Positions 1-6,287 of a DNA stretch of 10,027 bases are shown here, one piece after another (the stretch's first letter is position 1; the number at the start of each line of letters is the position of its first letter). The translations under genes were made by a program, and so were the position numbers. This stretch comes from Elusimicrobiota bacterium (GTDB taxonomy: Bacteria; CG03), in the NCBI GenBank assembly GCA_021161625.1, contig JAGHAG010000020.1, positions 1 through 10,027 of the forward strand. The letters run 5' to 3'. The notes beneath the pieces are model-generated. The model made no database searches. It worked only from the letters and a program-made list of their open reading frames with translations, and was not told where the DNA came from.

Positions 1-367
1 CCTTAAAACCTATTCCTAATGTTTCCCATCCTCCAGAAGTAAAAAGAACATTTAAGGCAAGAGAATTTATGTGGAATCTGAAAAAATGGAAAACAAAAAC
101 ATCAACAAGTGTAAAAACGTGAAATAAAGCAAAAAAAACTGATAAAAAAAATTTCCAGAAAAAATAACCTTTTGTAAAAACTGAAATGATTAAAAAAATA
201 AGAAAAATGACAAAATAAATCAGTGCAAAATTTGATATATACGGAAAGACAGAAAGAAAAATACCTGATTTTATAAAAGGAAAATAAAAAAGCCCGAGAA
301 GATATGAAAAAAGCAAATTCAGAAAGAAAAAATTAAAAAAGCCAATAAAAAATCTTTTTTTGCCCAT
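1..367 (-). CDS. Hypothetical Phe-rich polytopic membrane protein. 5' portion only; the C-terminus lies beyond the window start.
   Basis: Not in the supplied ORF track. My hand translation of the minus strand gives an uninterrupted frame from the ATG at 367..365 to position 1: MGKKRFFIGFFNFFFLNLLFSYLLGLFYFPFIKSGIFLSVFPYISNFALIYFVIFLIFLIISVFTKGYFFWKFFLSVFFALFHVFTLVDVFVFHFFRFHINSLALNVLFTSGGWETLGIGFK... A good SD, AAGGTGAtttagATG, sits at 368..380 on the minus strand. An in-frame stop lies upstream at 400..398. The product is very hydrophobic with several TM-like segments. Caveat: the minus strand here is T-rich, so long open frames occur more easily by chance. Confidence 0.45.
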   Translation of the reverse strand, partial: MGKKRFFIGFFNFFFLNLLFSYLLGLFYFPFIKSGIFLSVFPYISNFALIYFVIFLIFLIISVFTKGYFFWKFFLSVFFALFHVFTLVDVFVFHFFRFHINSLALNVLFTSGGWETLGIGFK

Positions 368-405
368 CTAAATCACCTTTAATTTGACCTGCATTATTCA
401 TGCAT

Positions 406-459
406 CCCCGATAAATATCGGGGACAGCCCAGCACTTTTTTCAGAAAAGTGCTGGGCTG
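406..459 (+). terminator. Two adjacent stem-loops. The first is 8 bp (CCCCGATA/TATCGGGG) at 406..423. The second is a perfect 15-bp stem (CAGCCCAGCACTTTT / AAAAGTGCTGGGCTG, loop TTCAG) at 425..459. On the plus strand a T-tract follows (GGTTAAATTTTAC).
   Basis: Inverted repeats read directly from the sequence. On the plus strand the geometry matches an intrinsic terminator: GC-rich stem followed by a U-tract at 462..470. On the minus strand, which is the coding strand of the flanking genes, a U-run precedes the hairpin instead of following it, so it is not a canonical terminator for the DUF47 gene. Confidence 0.4.
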
Positions 460-498
460 GGTTAAATTTTACAAAAAAAATACCCTGTTTTAAATGTA

Positions 499-1167
499 TT
501 ATTTTGCGAGCATATTTCTGAGATTATCGCTTACATTTTCAACTCTGTCTGCAATGCGGGCGAGCAGAAAAACGATATGTGTTAAATAGTAAAATTCCAT
601 AGGATTTATCTCTGCTGAAAAAAAATTCTTAAGAAGCTGTGCTTCAATTTTATCTGTTTTTTCCTCTTCAATATGGAAATCTTTTAAAACTTTCTTTATC
701 TTTTTTCTTTCAGACGGAGAAATAGAAACAATCAGCCTTTTTATATCTGCCAGCAGGTTTTCAAGTTTTTCAACCATTAAAACCACCATTTCTACATAAA
801 CTTTTAACTTTTCTTTAAAGTCATCTGCTATTTTTACTTTTTTAAATCCAAGCCATACAACAATATCTTCTGCCAGGTCAAGGATTGTGTCCTGCTCCTT
901 AAGACAATTCAGAAAAACATATCTATCCACTGGCATAAAAATACCTTTTGGAAGATGATTTCTGATATTGCCCTTTATCCAATCCGCTTCATTTTCAATT
1001 TTGACAACATCCTCCGCAGCTTTTTCAAAATCGTCAAATTTCTCGTCAAAATAACAAAGCATTGCTTCTCTTAATCTGTAAATACCTTCCAAAACCTTCT
1101 GACCATGCTCTTTCAATCCATCAAAAGGAGTTTTTTTTCTGAAAATTTTTGAAATAATTACCCTCAT
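499..1167 (-). CDS. DUF47 / TIGR00153-family Pit accessory protein (PhoU-like putative phosphate transport regulator), 222 aa
   Basis: The ORF track frame is 499..1236, but that reading begins at a GTG inside the upstream pit gene. The real start is the ATG at 1167..1165 (MRVIISKIFRKK...), which overlaps the pit stop as ATGA. A GGAGGTGGT SD lies immediately upstream at 1169..1177 on the minus strand. The sequence shows the family pattern ...ENEADxIKxxIRxxLPKGIFMPVDRxxxLxxLKEQDxILDLAEDI... and C-terminal ...LxxIADRVENVSDNLRNMLA. It is adjacent to a PiT transporter, as is usual for this family. Confidence 0.85.
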   Translation of the reverse strand: MRVIISKIFRKKTPFDGLKEHGQKVLEGIYRLREAMLCYFDEKFDDFEKAAEDVVKIENEADWIKGNIRNHLPKGIFMPVDRYVFLNCLKEQDTILDLAEDIVVWLGFKKVKIADDFKEKLKVYVEMVVLMVEKLENLLADIKRLIVSISPSERKKIKKVLKDFHIEEEKTDKIEAQLLKNFFSAEINPMEFYYLTHIVFLLARIADRVENVSDNLRNMLAK

Positions 1168-2381
1168 ACCACCTCCCTGCAAAAGGCAAAAATCAATCCA
1201 GAAATTAAAGCCGAAATCGGCAAAGTCAAAATCCACGCAAAAACAATATTTCTAATGACTCTTAAATCCAGTGCTTCAATTCCTCTTGCAAAACCTATCC
1301 CCACCACTGCTCCAACCGCAGCATGGGTTGTTGAAACAGGCAATCCCATTTTGGATGCAATAATAACTGTTGTGGCTGCGGCAAAATCAACAGCAAACCC
1401 CCTTGTGTTTGTAAGTTCTGTTATGTTATTTCCAACGGTTTTTATAACCTTCCATCCCCATGTAAAAATCCCTATTGCAATTCCAATTCCACCAACTGCA
1501 AGAATGACCTGTGAAATTTCAGCACGTCTGGAAATTTCACCTGTTCTATAAATGGACAAAATCCCTGCAAACGGACCTATAGCATTTGCAACATCATTTG
1601 CCCCGTGTGCAAGGGCAACATAACAGGATGTTATAATCTGCATGGGTTTGAAAACATTTTCCGGTTCAAATATCCTCACTTTTTTGAGTATAAAAAAGCG
1701 AACAACAATCGTTGCAAAAGAAGAAATAGCAAGAGAAATTCCAATGCTTTTCCACAAACCAAATCCAAATTTTTTGCCAAAGGGGGTTTTAAAAAGAAAA
1801 GACAAAACCACAATAAAAAAAGTAAAAAATATAAAGAATGGGAAGTATTTTTTTGTCCGATGTATTTTTATTTTTTCTTCTGTTGAAATGAAAAACTTAT
1901 TGATAAAACGAAAAAGGAAAAATGCCACAAATCCACTCAAAAAAGGTGAAGTGAGCCATGATACAACAATCTCAAAAACCTTCCCCCATGAAACAATACT
2001 ATGTCCCCCGCAAACAAGTCCTGCACCAACAAGAGCCCCTACAATTGAATGTGTTGTTGAAACAGGAAGCCCTTTCCATGTTGAAATAAAAACCCAGATG
2101 GATGCACCTGAAATTGCAGAAAATAAAACAATGGCAAAAGTTTTAGCCACTTCAATTGACGCAGGATTTATAATACCTTTTTTGATAGTTTCGGTTACAT
2201 GAGAACCCACTAACCATGCCCCTAAAAATTCAAGGACAGAGGCAATAATAACTGCCTGCTTAAAAGTTATTGCTTTTGCCCCAACTGCTGATGCCATTGA
2301 ATTTGCAGAGTCGTTTGCCCCGATATTCCACGCCATATAAAAAGAGGCAATACCTGCCAGCAAAAGAAAACATATGCTCAT
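1164..2381 (-). CDS. pit: Inorganic phosphate transporter, PiT family (PitA-like), 405 aa
   Basis: Duplicated PiT signature: N-terminal half GANDSANSMASAVGAKAI and C-terminal half GANDVANAIGPFAGI. Polytopic hydrophobic profile. ATG at 2381..2379 and TGA at 1166..1164, overlapping the downstream DUF47 start. Confidence 0.92.
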   Translation of the reverse strand: MSICFLLLAGIASFYMAWNIGANDSANSMASAVGAKAITFKQAVIIASVLEFLGAWLVGSHVTETIKKGIINPASIEVAKTFAIVLFSAISGASIWVFISTWKGLPVSTTHSIVGALVGAGLVCGGHSIVSWGKVFEIVVSWLTSPFLSGFVAFFLFRFINKFFISTEEKIKIHRTKKYFPFFIFFTFFIVVLSFLFKTPFGKKFGFGLWKSIGISLAISSFATIVVRFFILKKVRIFEPENVFKPMQIITSCYVALAHGANDVANAIGPFAGILSIYRTGEISRRAEISQVILAVGGIGIAIGIFTWGWKVIKTVGNNITELTNTRGFAVDFAAATTVIIASKMGLPVSTTHAAVGAVVGIGFARGIEALDLRVIRNIVFAWILTLPISALISGLIFAFCREVV

Positions 2382-2386
2382 TTTTT

Positions 2387-2415
2387 AGCATAACCTTTTT
2401 TAAAAAAATACGCAA
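2387..2415 (-). promoter_or_regulatory. Candidate sigma70-type promoter for the pit-DUF47 operon: -35 TTGCGT (2415..2410), 17-nt spacer, -10 TATGCT (2392..2387), then 5 nt to the pit ATG. Leaderless geometry.
   Basis: Hexamers and spacing read from the minus strand. The only SD-like element, GGT, lies 13 nt from the ATG, which is a poor position. This is consistent with a leaderless transcript. Confidence 0.35.
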
Positions 2416-2427
2416 TATGTAAAATAG

Positions 2428-2456
2428 TTGTTTTTTGATTTGAGGTTTGGTAAAAT
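2428..2456 (+). promoter_or_regulatory. Candidate promoter for ndk: -35 TTGTTT (2428..2433), 17-nt spacer, -10 TAAAAT (2451..2456), then 5 nt (AAAGT) to the ATG at 2462. Leaderless geometry.
   Basis: Read directly. Same TTGnnT-N17-TAnnnT-N5-ATG architecture as the pit promoter and the PilZ-operon promoter. Confidence 0.4.
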
Positions 2457-2461
2457 AAAGT

Positions 2462-2962
2462 ATGCTTGAACAGACACTTGTTTTAATAAAGCCCGATGGT
2501 TTAAAAAAGTCCTTAACTGGAAATATCCTTACCCGCCTTTCAGAGACAAAACTTGAAATTGCAGGTTCAAAAATTGTACGGGTTTCAAGAGAACTTGCTG
2601 AGAAACATTACAGACACATGAAAGACAAACCATTTTTTGAGGAATTAATAAAATACATTATGGGAGAACTTCACGACAGAAAAAAAGTTATGGCTCTTGT
2701 TTATCACGGTGAAAATGCCATTTCTCTTGTGAGGAAGGTTGCTGGTGCAACAAATCCTGAACTTGCAGAACCCACTTCAATCCGTGGTGCCTATGGCAGA
2801 ATAACAACAACAGGAGTTTTTGAAAATATCATCCACGCATCTTCAAGCAAAGAGGAAGCAGAAAGAGAGATAAAACTCTGGTTTAAGCCATCAGAACTTG
2901 TTTACAGAATTTACCCTGTCAAAACTGTAAAAAAACAAATAGAAGAACTGGATTGGGCTTAA
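2462..2962 (+). CDS. ndk: Nucleoside diphosphate kinase, 166 aa, with a C-terminal extension of about 25 aa
   Basis: TLVLIKPDG nucleotide-binding start. KPFFEEL, GENAISLVRKVAGATNP, TSIRGAYG and NIIHASSSKEEAEREIKLWF are NDK hallmarks, with the catalytic His in NIIHAS. ATG at 2462 and TAA at 2960..2962. Confidence 0.9.
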   Translation: MLEQTLVLIKPDGLKKSLTGNILTRLSETKLEIAGSKIVRVSRELAEKHYRHMKDKPFFEELIKYIMGELHDRKKVMALVYHGENAISLVRKVAGATNPELAEPTSIRGAYGRITTTGVFENIIHASSSKEEAEREIKLWFKPSELVYRIYPVKTVKKQIEELDWA

Positions 2963-2990
2963 TCTGGTTCCTTTCTGGGAAATTTTCTGT

Positions 2991-3074
2991 TGGGGGAGGA
3001 GGGATTCGAACCCTCAATCCCTTTCGGGCAGCGGATTTTAAGTCCGCTTCGTATACCAGTTCCGACACTCCCCC
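2991..3074 (-). tRNA. tRNA-Leu (anticodon UAA), type II with long variable arm, 84 nt, CCA not encoded
   Basis: Cloverleaf drawn by hand from the reverse complement: acceptor GGGGGAG/CTCCCCC; D-arm TCG...CGA; anticodon stem GCGGA/TCCGC with loop CTTAAAA; variable arm GCCC-GAAA-GGG; T-arm GAGGG-TTCGAAT-CCCTC; discriminator A. Three spurious ORFs in the track overlap this region. Confidence 0.8.
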
Positions 3075-3090
3075 GAATAGCAGAGCAAGA

Positions 3091-3159
3091 TCTGCAACTA
3101 CATTATTTCTTGGCAGACCAAGGGTCTGCAACTACAATTTTGTCGCATGGTAATGCGAC
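3091..3159. repeat. Structured intergenic region between the SPFH gene and the tRNA-Leu. It contains a 12-bp perfect direct repeat TCTGCAACTACA at 3091..3102 and 3126..3137, the palindrome CAGACCaaGGGTCTG at 3114..3128, and the hairpin GTCGCATggtaATGCGAC at 3142..3159.
   Basis: All read directly from the sequence. On the minus strand these elements lie downstream of the SPFH stop at 3168 and upstream of the mature tRNA 5' end at 3074. Confidence 0.6.
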
Positions 3160-3167
3160 CGCTACAT

Positions 3168-3899
3168 TTATTTTTCTTTTATGAATGATTTTAACAAATC
3201 TATTGGCACAGGAAAAACTGTAACTGAATTATTCTCTGTTGAGATTTCTGCAAGTGTCTGAAGATACCTCAACTGAATTGTTGCAGGAACCTCACTCATA
3301 ATTCTTGCTGCCTGCGTGAGTTTCTCTGCTGCCTGATATTCACCATCAGCATGAATAATTTTTGCTCTTCTATCTCTTTCTGCTTCTGCCTGCCTTGCAA
3401 TTGCCCTCTGCATTTCTGCAGGTATCTGAACATCTTTTATCTCCACTCTTGAAACCTTAACCCCCCATGGGTCTGTTGCCTGGTCAATAATCCTCTGCAA
3501 TTCTGAATTTATTTTTTCTCTCTGAGATAAAACCTCATCCAGTTCAAACTGTCCAACAACGCTTCTCAAAGTTGTCTGTGAAATCTGTGATGTTCCTAAA
3601 ATGTAATCCTCTATTTCAATGACTGATTTTTCAGGGTCCATAACCCTGAAATAACAAACAGCATTCACCTTAATCGGAACATTGTCCCTTGTGATAACTT
3701 CCTGAATTGGAACATCAAGGGTTATAATTCTTAAATCAACCTTTACCATTTTCTCCACAATTGGGATGATGAAAAAAAGTCCAGGGCCTCTTGGACCAAC
3801 ACATCTTCCAAGACGGAAAATCACCCCCCTTTCATACTCCTTAACAATGCGAACCGCGTTTACAAGAATGATAAAAACAATAATCAACAAAAGTGTCAT
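3168..3899 (-). CDS. SPFH/band-7 protein, prokaryotic stomatin (slipin) family, 243 aa
   Basis: N-terminal TM anchor, then [14 protein letters not shown]...[51 protein letters not shown]. This matches the archaeal/bacterial p-stomatin pattern I recall, for example Pyrococcus PH1511. Followed by a C-terminal coiled coil. ATG at 3899. A strong SD, GGAGGTGttttATG, spans the 10-nt gap after the upstream TAG. Confidence 0.9.
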   Translation of the reverse strand: MTLLLIIVFIILVNAVRIVKEYERGVIFRLGRCVGPRGPGLFFIIPIVEKMVKVDLRIITLDVPIQEVITRDNVPIKVNAVCYFRVMDPEKSVIEIEDYILGTSQISQTTLRSVVGQFELDEVLSQREKINSELQRIIDQATDPWGVKVSRVEIKDVQIPAEMQRAIARQAEAERDRRAKIIHADGEYQAAEKLTQAARIMSEVPATIQLRYLQTLAEISTENNSVTVFPVPIDLLKSFIKEK

Positions 3900-3909
3900 A
3901 AAACACCTC

Positions 3910-5277
3910 CTATTTCAGTTTCCTCTGCACTTTTACCCGAAGAGTTGCAGGAAATTTTGCCTTTAAAATTTCCTCTGCTTTTTTACAAGCCCTCAGTGCT
4001 GAATCTCTTACAAACGCATCAAGGTCTTCAATCAAAATTTCAAGGAAACTCATAACCGAAAGATCGGCAATTTCTCCGCATGCCCAAGCAGCAGATGCCC
4101 TCATCCACCTGTCGTCAGAGTCCACCATTTCTTTGAGTTTCCTCTCTGCTGTAACCGAATCATATTTAAACATGTGCACACAGGCAGTTGCCTTTACACG
4201 ATTGTTGCTATCATCCAGAAAAGGGGCAATAAGCCGCGCTGCAAGAGAGGGTTCATTTATGGTTTTTGCAATTGCCTCAATGCTTTTTGCTCTTGCCCTG
4301 TTTTGAGAAGAAATATCTGTTATGATTTTTCTTGGTTTTTCTTCATCAAATTCCACTCTTTCAAGCTCCTCTGTCCCCTTGCCTGCAGATTTTTCTATAA
4401 CACCAATAAGACCGTCTATTTGTTGAGCAAGTTTTTCTTCAACCGGACTTTTTGCTTCGGCAAGTTTTCTCATAAGTTCCTCGTTCTGTTCCTTTAATGC
4501 TTTTAATTGTTCTGAAACATTGCCTCTTCTGGAAACTTCGTTCATAAGTTCCGCTATTTTATCCCCGCTTTCCGCAATTTCTCTTCTCATTCTGTATGTG
4601 AGGCTTGAAATGATTTTTGAAGAAATCAAATAATTTGCAATAATCACAACTAAAACCGCTATTGAAAAAGTTATAAGCCAGTTGGTTGCTATCATCTTCA
4701 TCTGTTTTCTCAAAAGAGCAACCTCCTCTTTTCTGGCTTCAACTTCTTTTTTATACTTTTCCATCTCTTCTCTTAACTTCTTTTCCCTTTCCTCTCTCTG
4801 CCTTCTTTCTGCTTCAAGTTTTTTTGCATATTCTTGCTGCATTTTTTTTCTCTGTTCCTCTTCCTCTTTTCTACGGCGCGCTTCGTATTCCCTTCTCTTC
4901 TTTTCCTCTATATAACTTTCTCTCTGTTTTTCAATTTCTTTTTTCAGTTCCTCTTTCATATTGAGTGCCTCTACAAAATCAGGTGAATACTTTATTGCTT
5001 CGTCAACAAATCCAAGTGCCTCTTCAAGCTGTCCTTTCTTTCTCAAATCCTGTGCATAATTTATAAGAGACCTGCTCAAGAGAGAAAGCGCTCTTAAATT
5101 CCCTGGATCCAGTTTTATAACCTTTTTCAAATCAGAGATGCTCCCTTCCCAGTCCTTGTTAAGATACTTCTCAGCAGCAGAATTAAAAAACTTTTCTATT
5201 TCAGGGGATTGTGCATAAACAAATGAAAAATGAAAAATGAAAAATGAAAAATAAATTAAAACTTTCTTAATCCTCAT
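3910..5277 (-). CDS. Multidomain membrane protein. Order: signal peptide, two TPR-like repeats, ER/K-rich single-alpha-helix segment of about 70 aa, TM helix, coiled coil, three HEAT (PBS-lyase type) repeats. About 455 aa.
   Basis: The likely start is the ATG at 5277..5275 ([22 protein letters not shown]|QS), which forms an ATGA overlap with the upstream MGMT stop. An alternative ATG at 5292 would add MDGKK. The TPR region is [64 protein letters not shown]. The charged helix is [62 protein letters not shown]. The TM helix is [28 protein letters not shown] consensus (LxxDxDxxVRxxAaxALGEI) matches [37 protein letters not shown] and [17 protein letters not shown]. Confidence 0.8.
   Translation of the reverse strand: MRIKKVLIYFSFFIFHFSFVYAQSPEIEKFFNSAAEKYLNKDWEGSISDLKKVIKLDPGNLRALSLLSRSLINYAQDLRKKGQLEEALGFVDEAIKYSPDFVEALNMKEELKKEIEKQRESYIEEKKRREYEARRRKEEEEQRKKMQQEYAKKLEAERRQREEREKKLREEMEKYKKEVEARKEEVALLRKQMKMIATNWLITFSIAVLVVIIANYLISSKIISSLTYRMRREIAESGDKIAELMNEVSRRGNVSEQLKALKEQNEELMRKLAEAKSPVEEKLAQQIDGLIGVIEKSAGKGTEELERVEFDEEKPRKIITDISSQNRARAKSIEAIAKTINEPSLAARLIAPFLDDSNNRVKATACVHMFKYDSVTAERKLKEMVDSDDRWMRASAAWACGEIADLSVMSFLEILIEDLDAFVRDSALRACKKAEEILKAKFPATLRVKVQRKLK
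5224..5251. repeat. Perfect tandem repeat of the 7-mer TGAAAAA, four copies plus a partial AAA, inside the signal-peptide coding region of the TPR/HEAT gene
   Basis: Sequence reads aaa tgaaaaa tgaaaaa tgaaaaa tgaaaaa taaatt. It encodes [10 protein letters not shown] on the minus strand. Confidence 0.8.
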
Positions 5278-5564
5278 TTTTTTACCATCCATTTTCCCTT
5301 TTTCTTTACAATTTTCAACCCTTCTGATTTTAGCAATTTTATCTTTTTTTTAATACCTCCTGAATATCCACCTATGCTGCCATCGCTTTTTATAACTCTG
5401 TGGCAGGGAATTATAAGAGGTTTTTTGTTTTTCTTTAACGCCATTCCCACAACTCGCCATCCGTCTTTTATTTTTGCTTTTATTGCAACTTCCTTGTAAG
5501 TAAGAACACTCCCCTCTGGTATTTCAGAAACAACCCTGTAAATTTTCTGAAAACAATTCCTCAA
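5274..5564 (-). CDS. Standalone C-terminal (DNA-binding/active-site) domain of O6-alkylguanine-DNA alkyltransferase (MGMT/Ogt family), 96 aa, Cys retained in PCHRV
   Basis: Against my memory of E. coli Ogt C-terminus, it aligns motif-for-motif: FQKIYRVVSEIPEGSVLTYKEVAIKA (HTH), IIPCHRVIKSDGSIGGYSGGIKKKIKLLKSEG (PCHRV active site plus GGYxGG). The start is TTG at 5564..5562. The only in-frame ATG lies after the HTH. The TTG overlaps the upstream stop as TTGA. The TGA stop at 5276..5274 overlaps the downstream ATG. Confidence 0.7.
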   Translation of the reverse strand: MRNCFQKIYRVVSEIPEGSVLTYKEVAIKAKIKDGWRVVGMALKKNKKPLIIPCHRVIKSDGSIGGYSGGIKKKIKLLKSEGLKIVKKKGKWMVKK

Positions 5565-6283
5565 ATGGAATACCCTAAATACAAAATTACCTGTGATGTA
5601 AAAACACCCACAATAGAAGCAAAAACAAGGGAAAGAATTCCTCTATAAAGAGGCTGGTTTTTTAAACCTGAAAGCCGAATTAAAAAAAGAAAGGGAATAA
5701 AAACATAAAATATTCCCCCTTTCACAATGAAGAAGGCAACCAGCCCCCTTTCAACGACCCCATAACTTCTCTCAAATCTGTTTAATGTTTCAACTTCAAG
5801 TCTATAAATACTTTTGTCCAGATAATAAAGCATCACGCTTCCACCCCATCCTGCCAGAACAACTCCTGCAAGCGTTGTGATAAAACCCATATCGTTGTAA
5901 TAAATAAGGACATCTGCAGGGAGAAGTTTTCCATAGTAGGTAACATCTTTTGAAAAAGGAAAAAACCTGACAGCAAAAATGTAAAGATAATGAAAAAATT
6001 GGTCCAGAAGAAAATAGGAAATTTTATCATCTTCAGGTTTTACCCATAATCTAACCTTACCCCAGTCCTGCAGAGAATGGACAATTATAAGAAGAATAAC
6101 ATAAAGCCAGAATGAAAAATCCCCTAAATTGCCAAAAAAAAACAGGACAACGATAAAAGCATGAATTAAAGCGTGCAAAAGACAGCCAAAATAACTCTTC
6201 TTTTTTAAAACAAAAATTTCATCAAATTGCAAAGGAAAATCTGCAATAAAATGTGCCAGAAATAATCTTACAATTGCATTCAT
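5561..6283 (-). CDS. Polytopic membrane protein with a DUF3307-like N-terminal domain, 240 aa
   Basis: N-terminal FLAHFIADFPLQ and a second LLDQFFHY motif resemble the His/Asp/Gln-containing repeats I recall for DUF3307, which is about 130 aa long. The C-terminal half adds further TM helices. ATG at 6283..6281, only 4 nt after the upstream TAA and with no SD, which implies translational coupling or reinitiation. Confidence 0.6.
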   Translation of the reverse strand: MNAIVRLFLAHFIADFPLQFDEIFVLKKKSYFGCLLHALIHAFIVVLFFFGNLGDFSFWLYVILLIIVHSLQDWGKVRLWVKPEDDKISYFLLDQFFHYLYIFAVRFFPFSKDVTYYGKLLPADVLIYYNDMGFITTLAGVVLAGWGGSVMLYYLDKSIYRLEVETLNRFERSYGVVERGLVAFFIVKGGIFYVFIPFLFLIRLSGLKNQPLYRGILSLVFASIVGVFTSQVILYLGYSI

Positions 6284-6287
6284 AGTG

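Noticed and set aside
1168-1236. N-terminal extension of the DUF47 ORF (GTG at 1236, MDFDFADFGFNFW...)
   Set aside because: The extension lies inside the pit coding region in another frame. The ATG at 1167 has a perfect SD and an ATGA overlap, and it gives the canonical family length.
1255-2202. Plus-strand ORFs 1255..1551, 1605..1886 and 1642..2202
   Set aside because: They lie entirely antisense to the well-supported PiT transporter gene. The products are low-complexity and lack SDs. These are shadow ORFs.
3091-3137. TTGCAG hexamers within the TCTGCAACTACA repeats as -35 elements of a tRNA promoter
   Set aside because: The proximal copy ends only 17 nt from the mature tRNA 5' end, and the distal copy lacks a credible -10 at 16-18 nt. 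No promoter is called.
2919-3184. ORFs 2919..3131 (-), 2953..3153 (+) and 2990..3184 (+)
   Set aside because: They overlap the tRNA-Leu gene and its structured spacer. The GC-rich tRNA sequence creates spurious open frames.
3766-4964. Plus-strand ORFs 3766..3966, 4174..4497, 4682..4915 and 4686..4964
   Set aside because: They are antisense to the SPFH and TPR/HEAT genes. The Ser/Phe/Leu-rich products are the complement of the E/K/R-rich codons.
5278-5292. Upstream ATG at 5292 (MDGKK...) for the TPR/HEAT protein
   Set aside because: It is possible, since AAGGGAAA lies upstream. The ATG at 5277 forms the ATGA coupling overlap and yields a classical signal-peptide n-region (MRIKK), so I prefer it. 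This is kept as an uncertainty rather than a feature.
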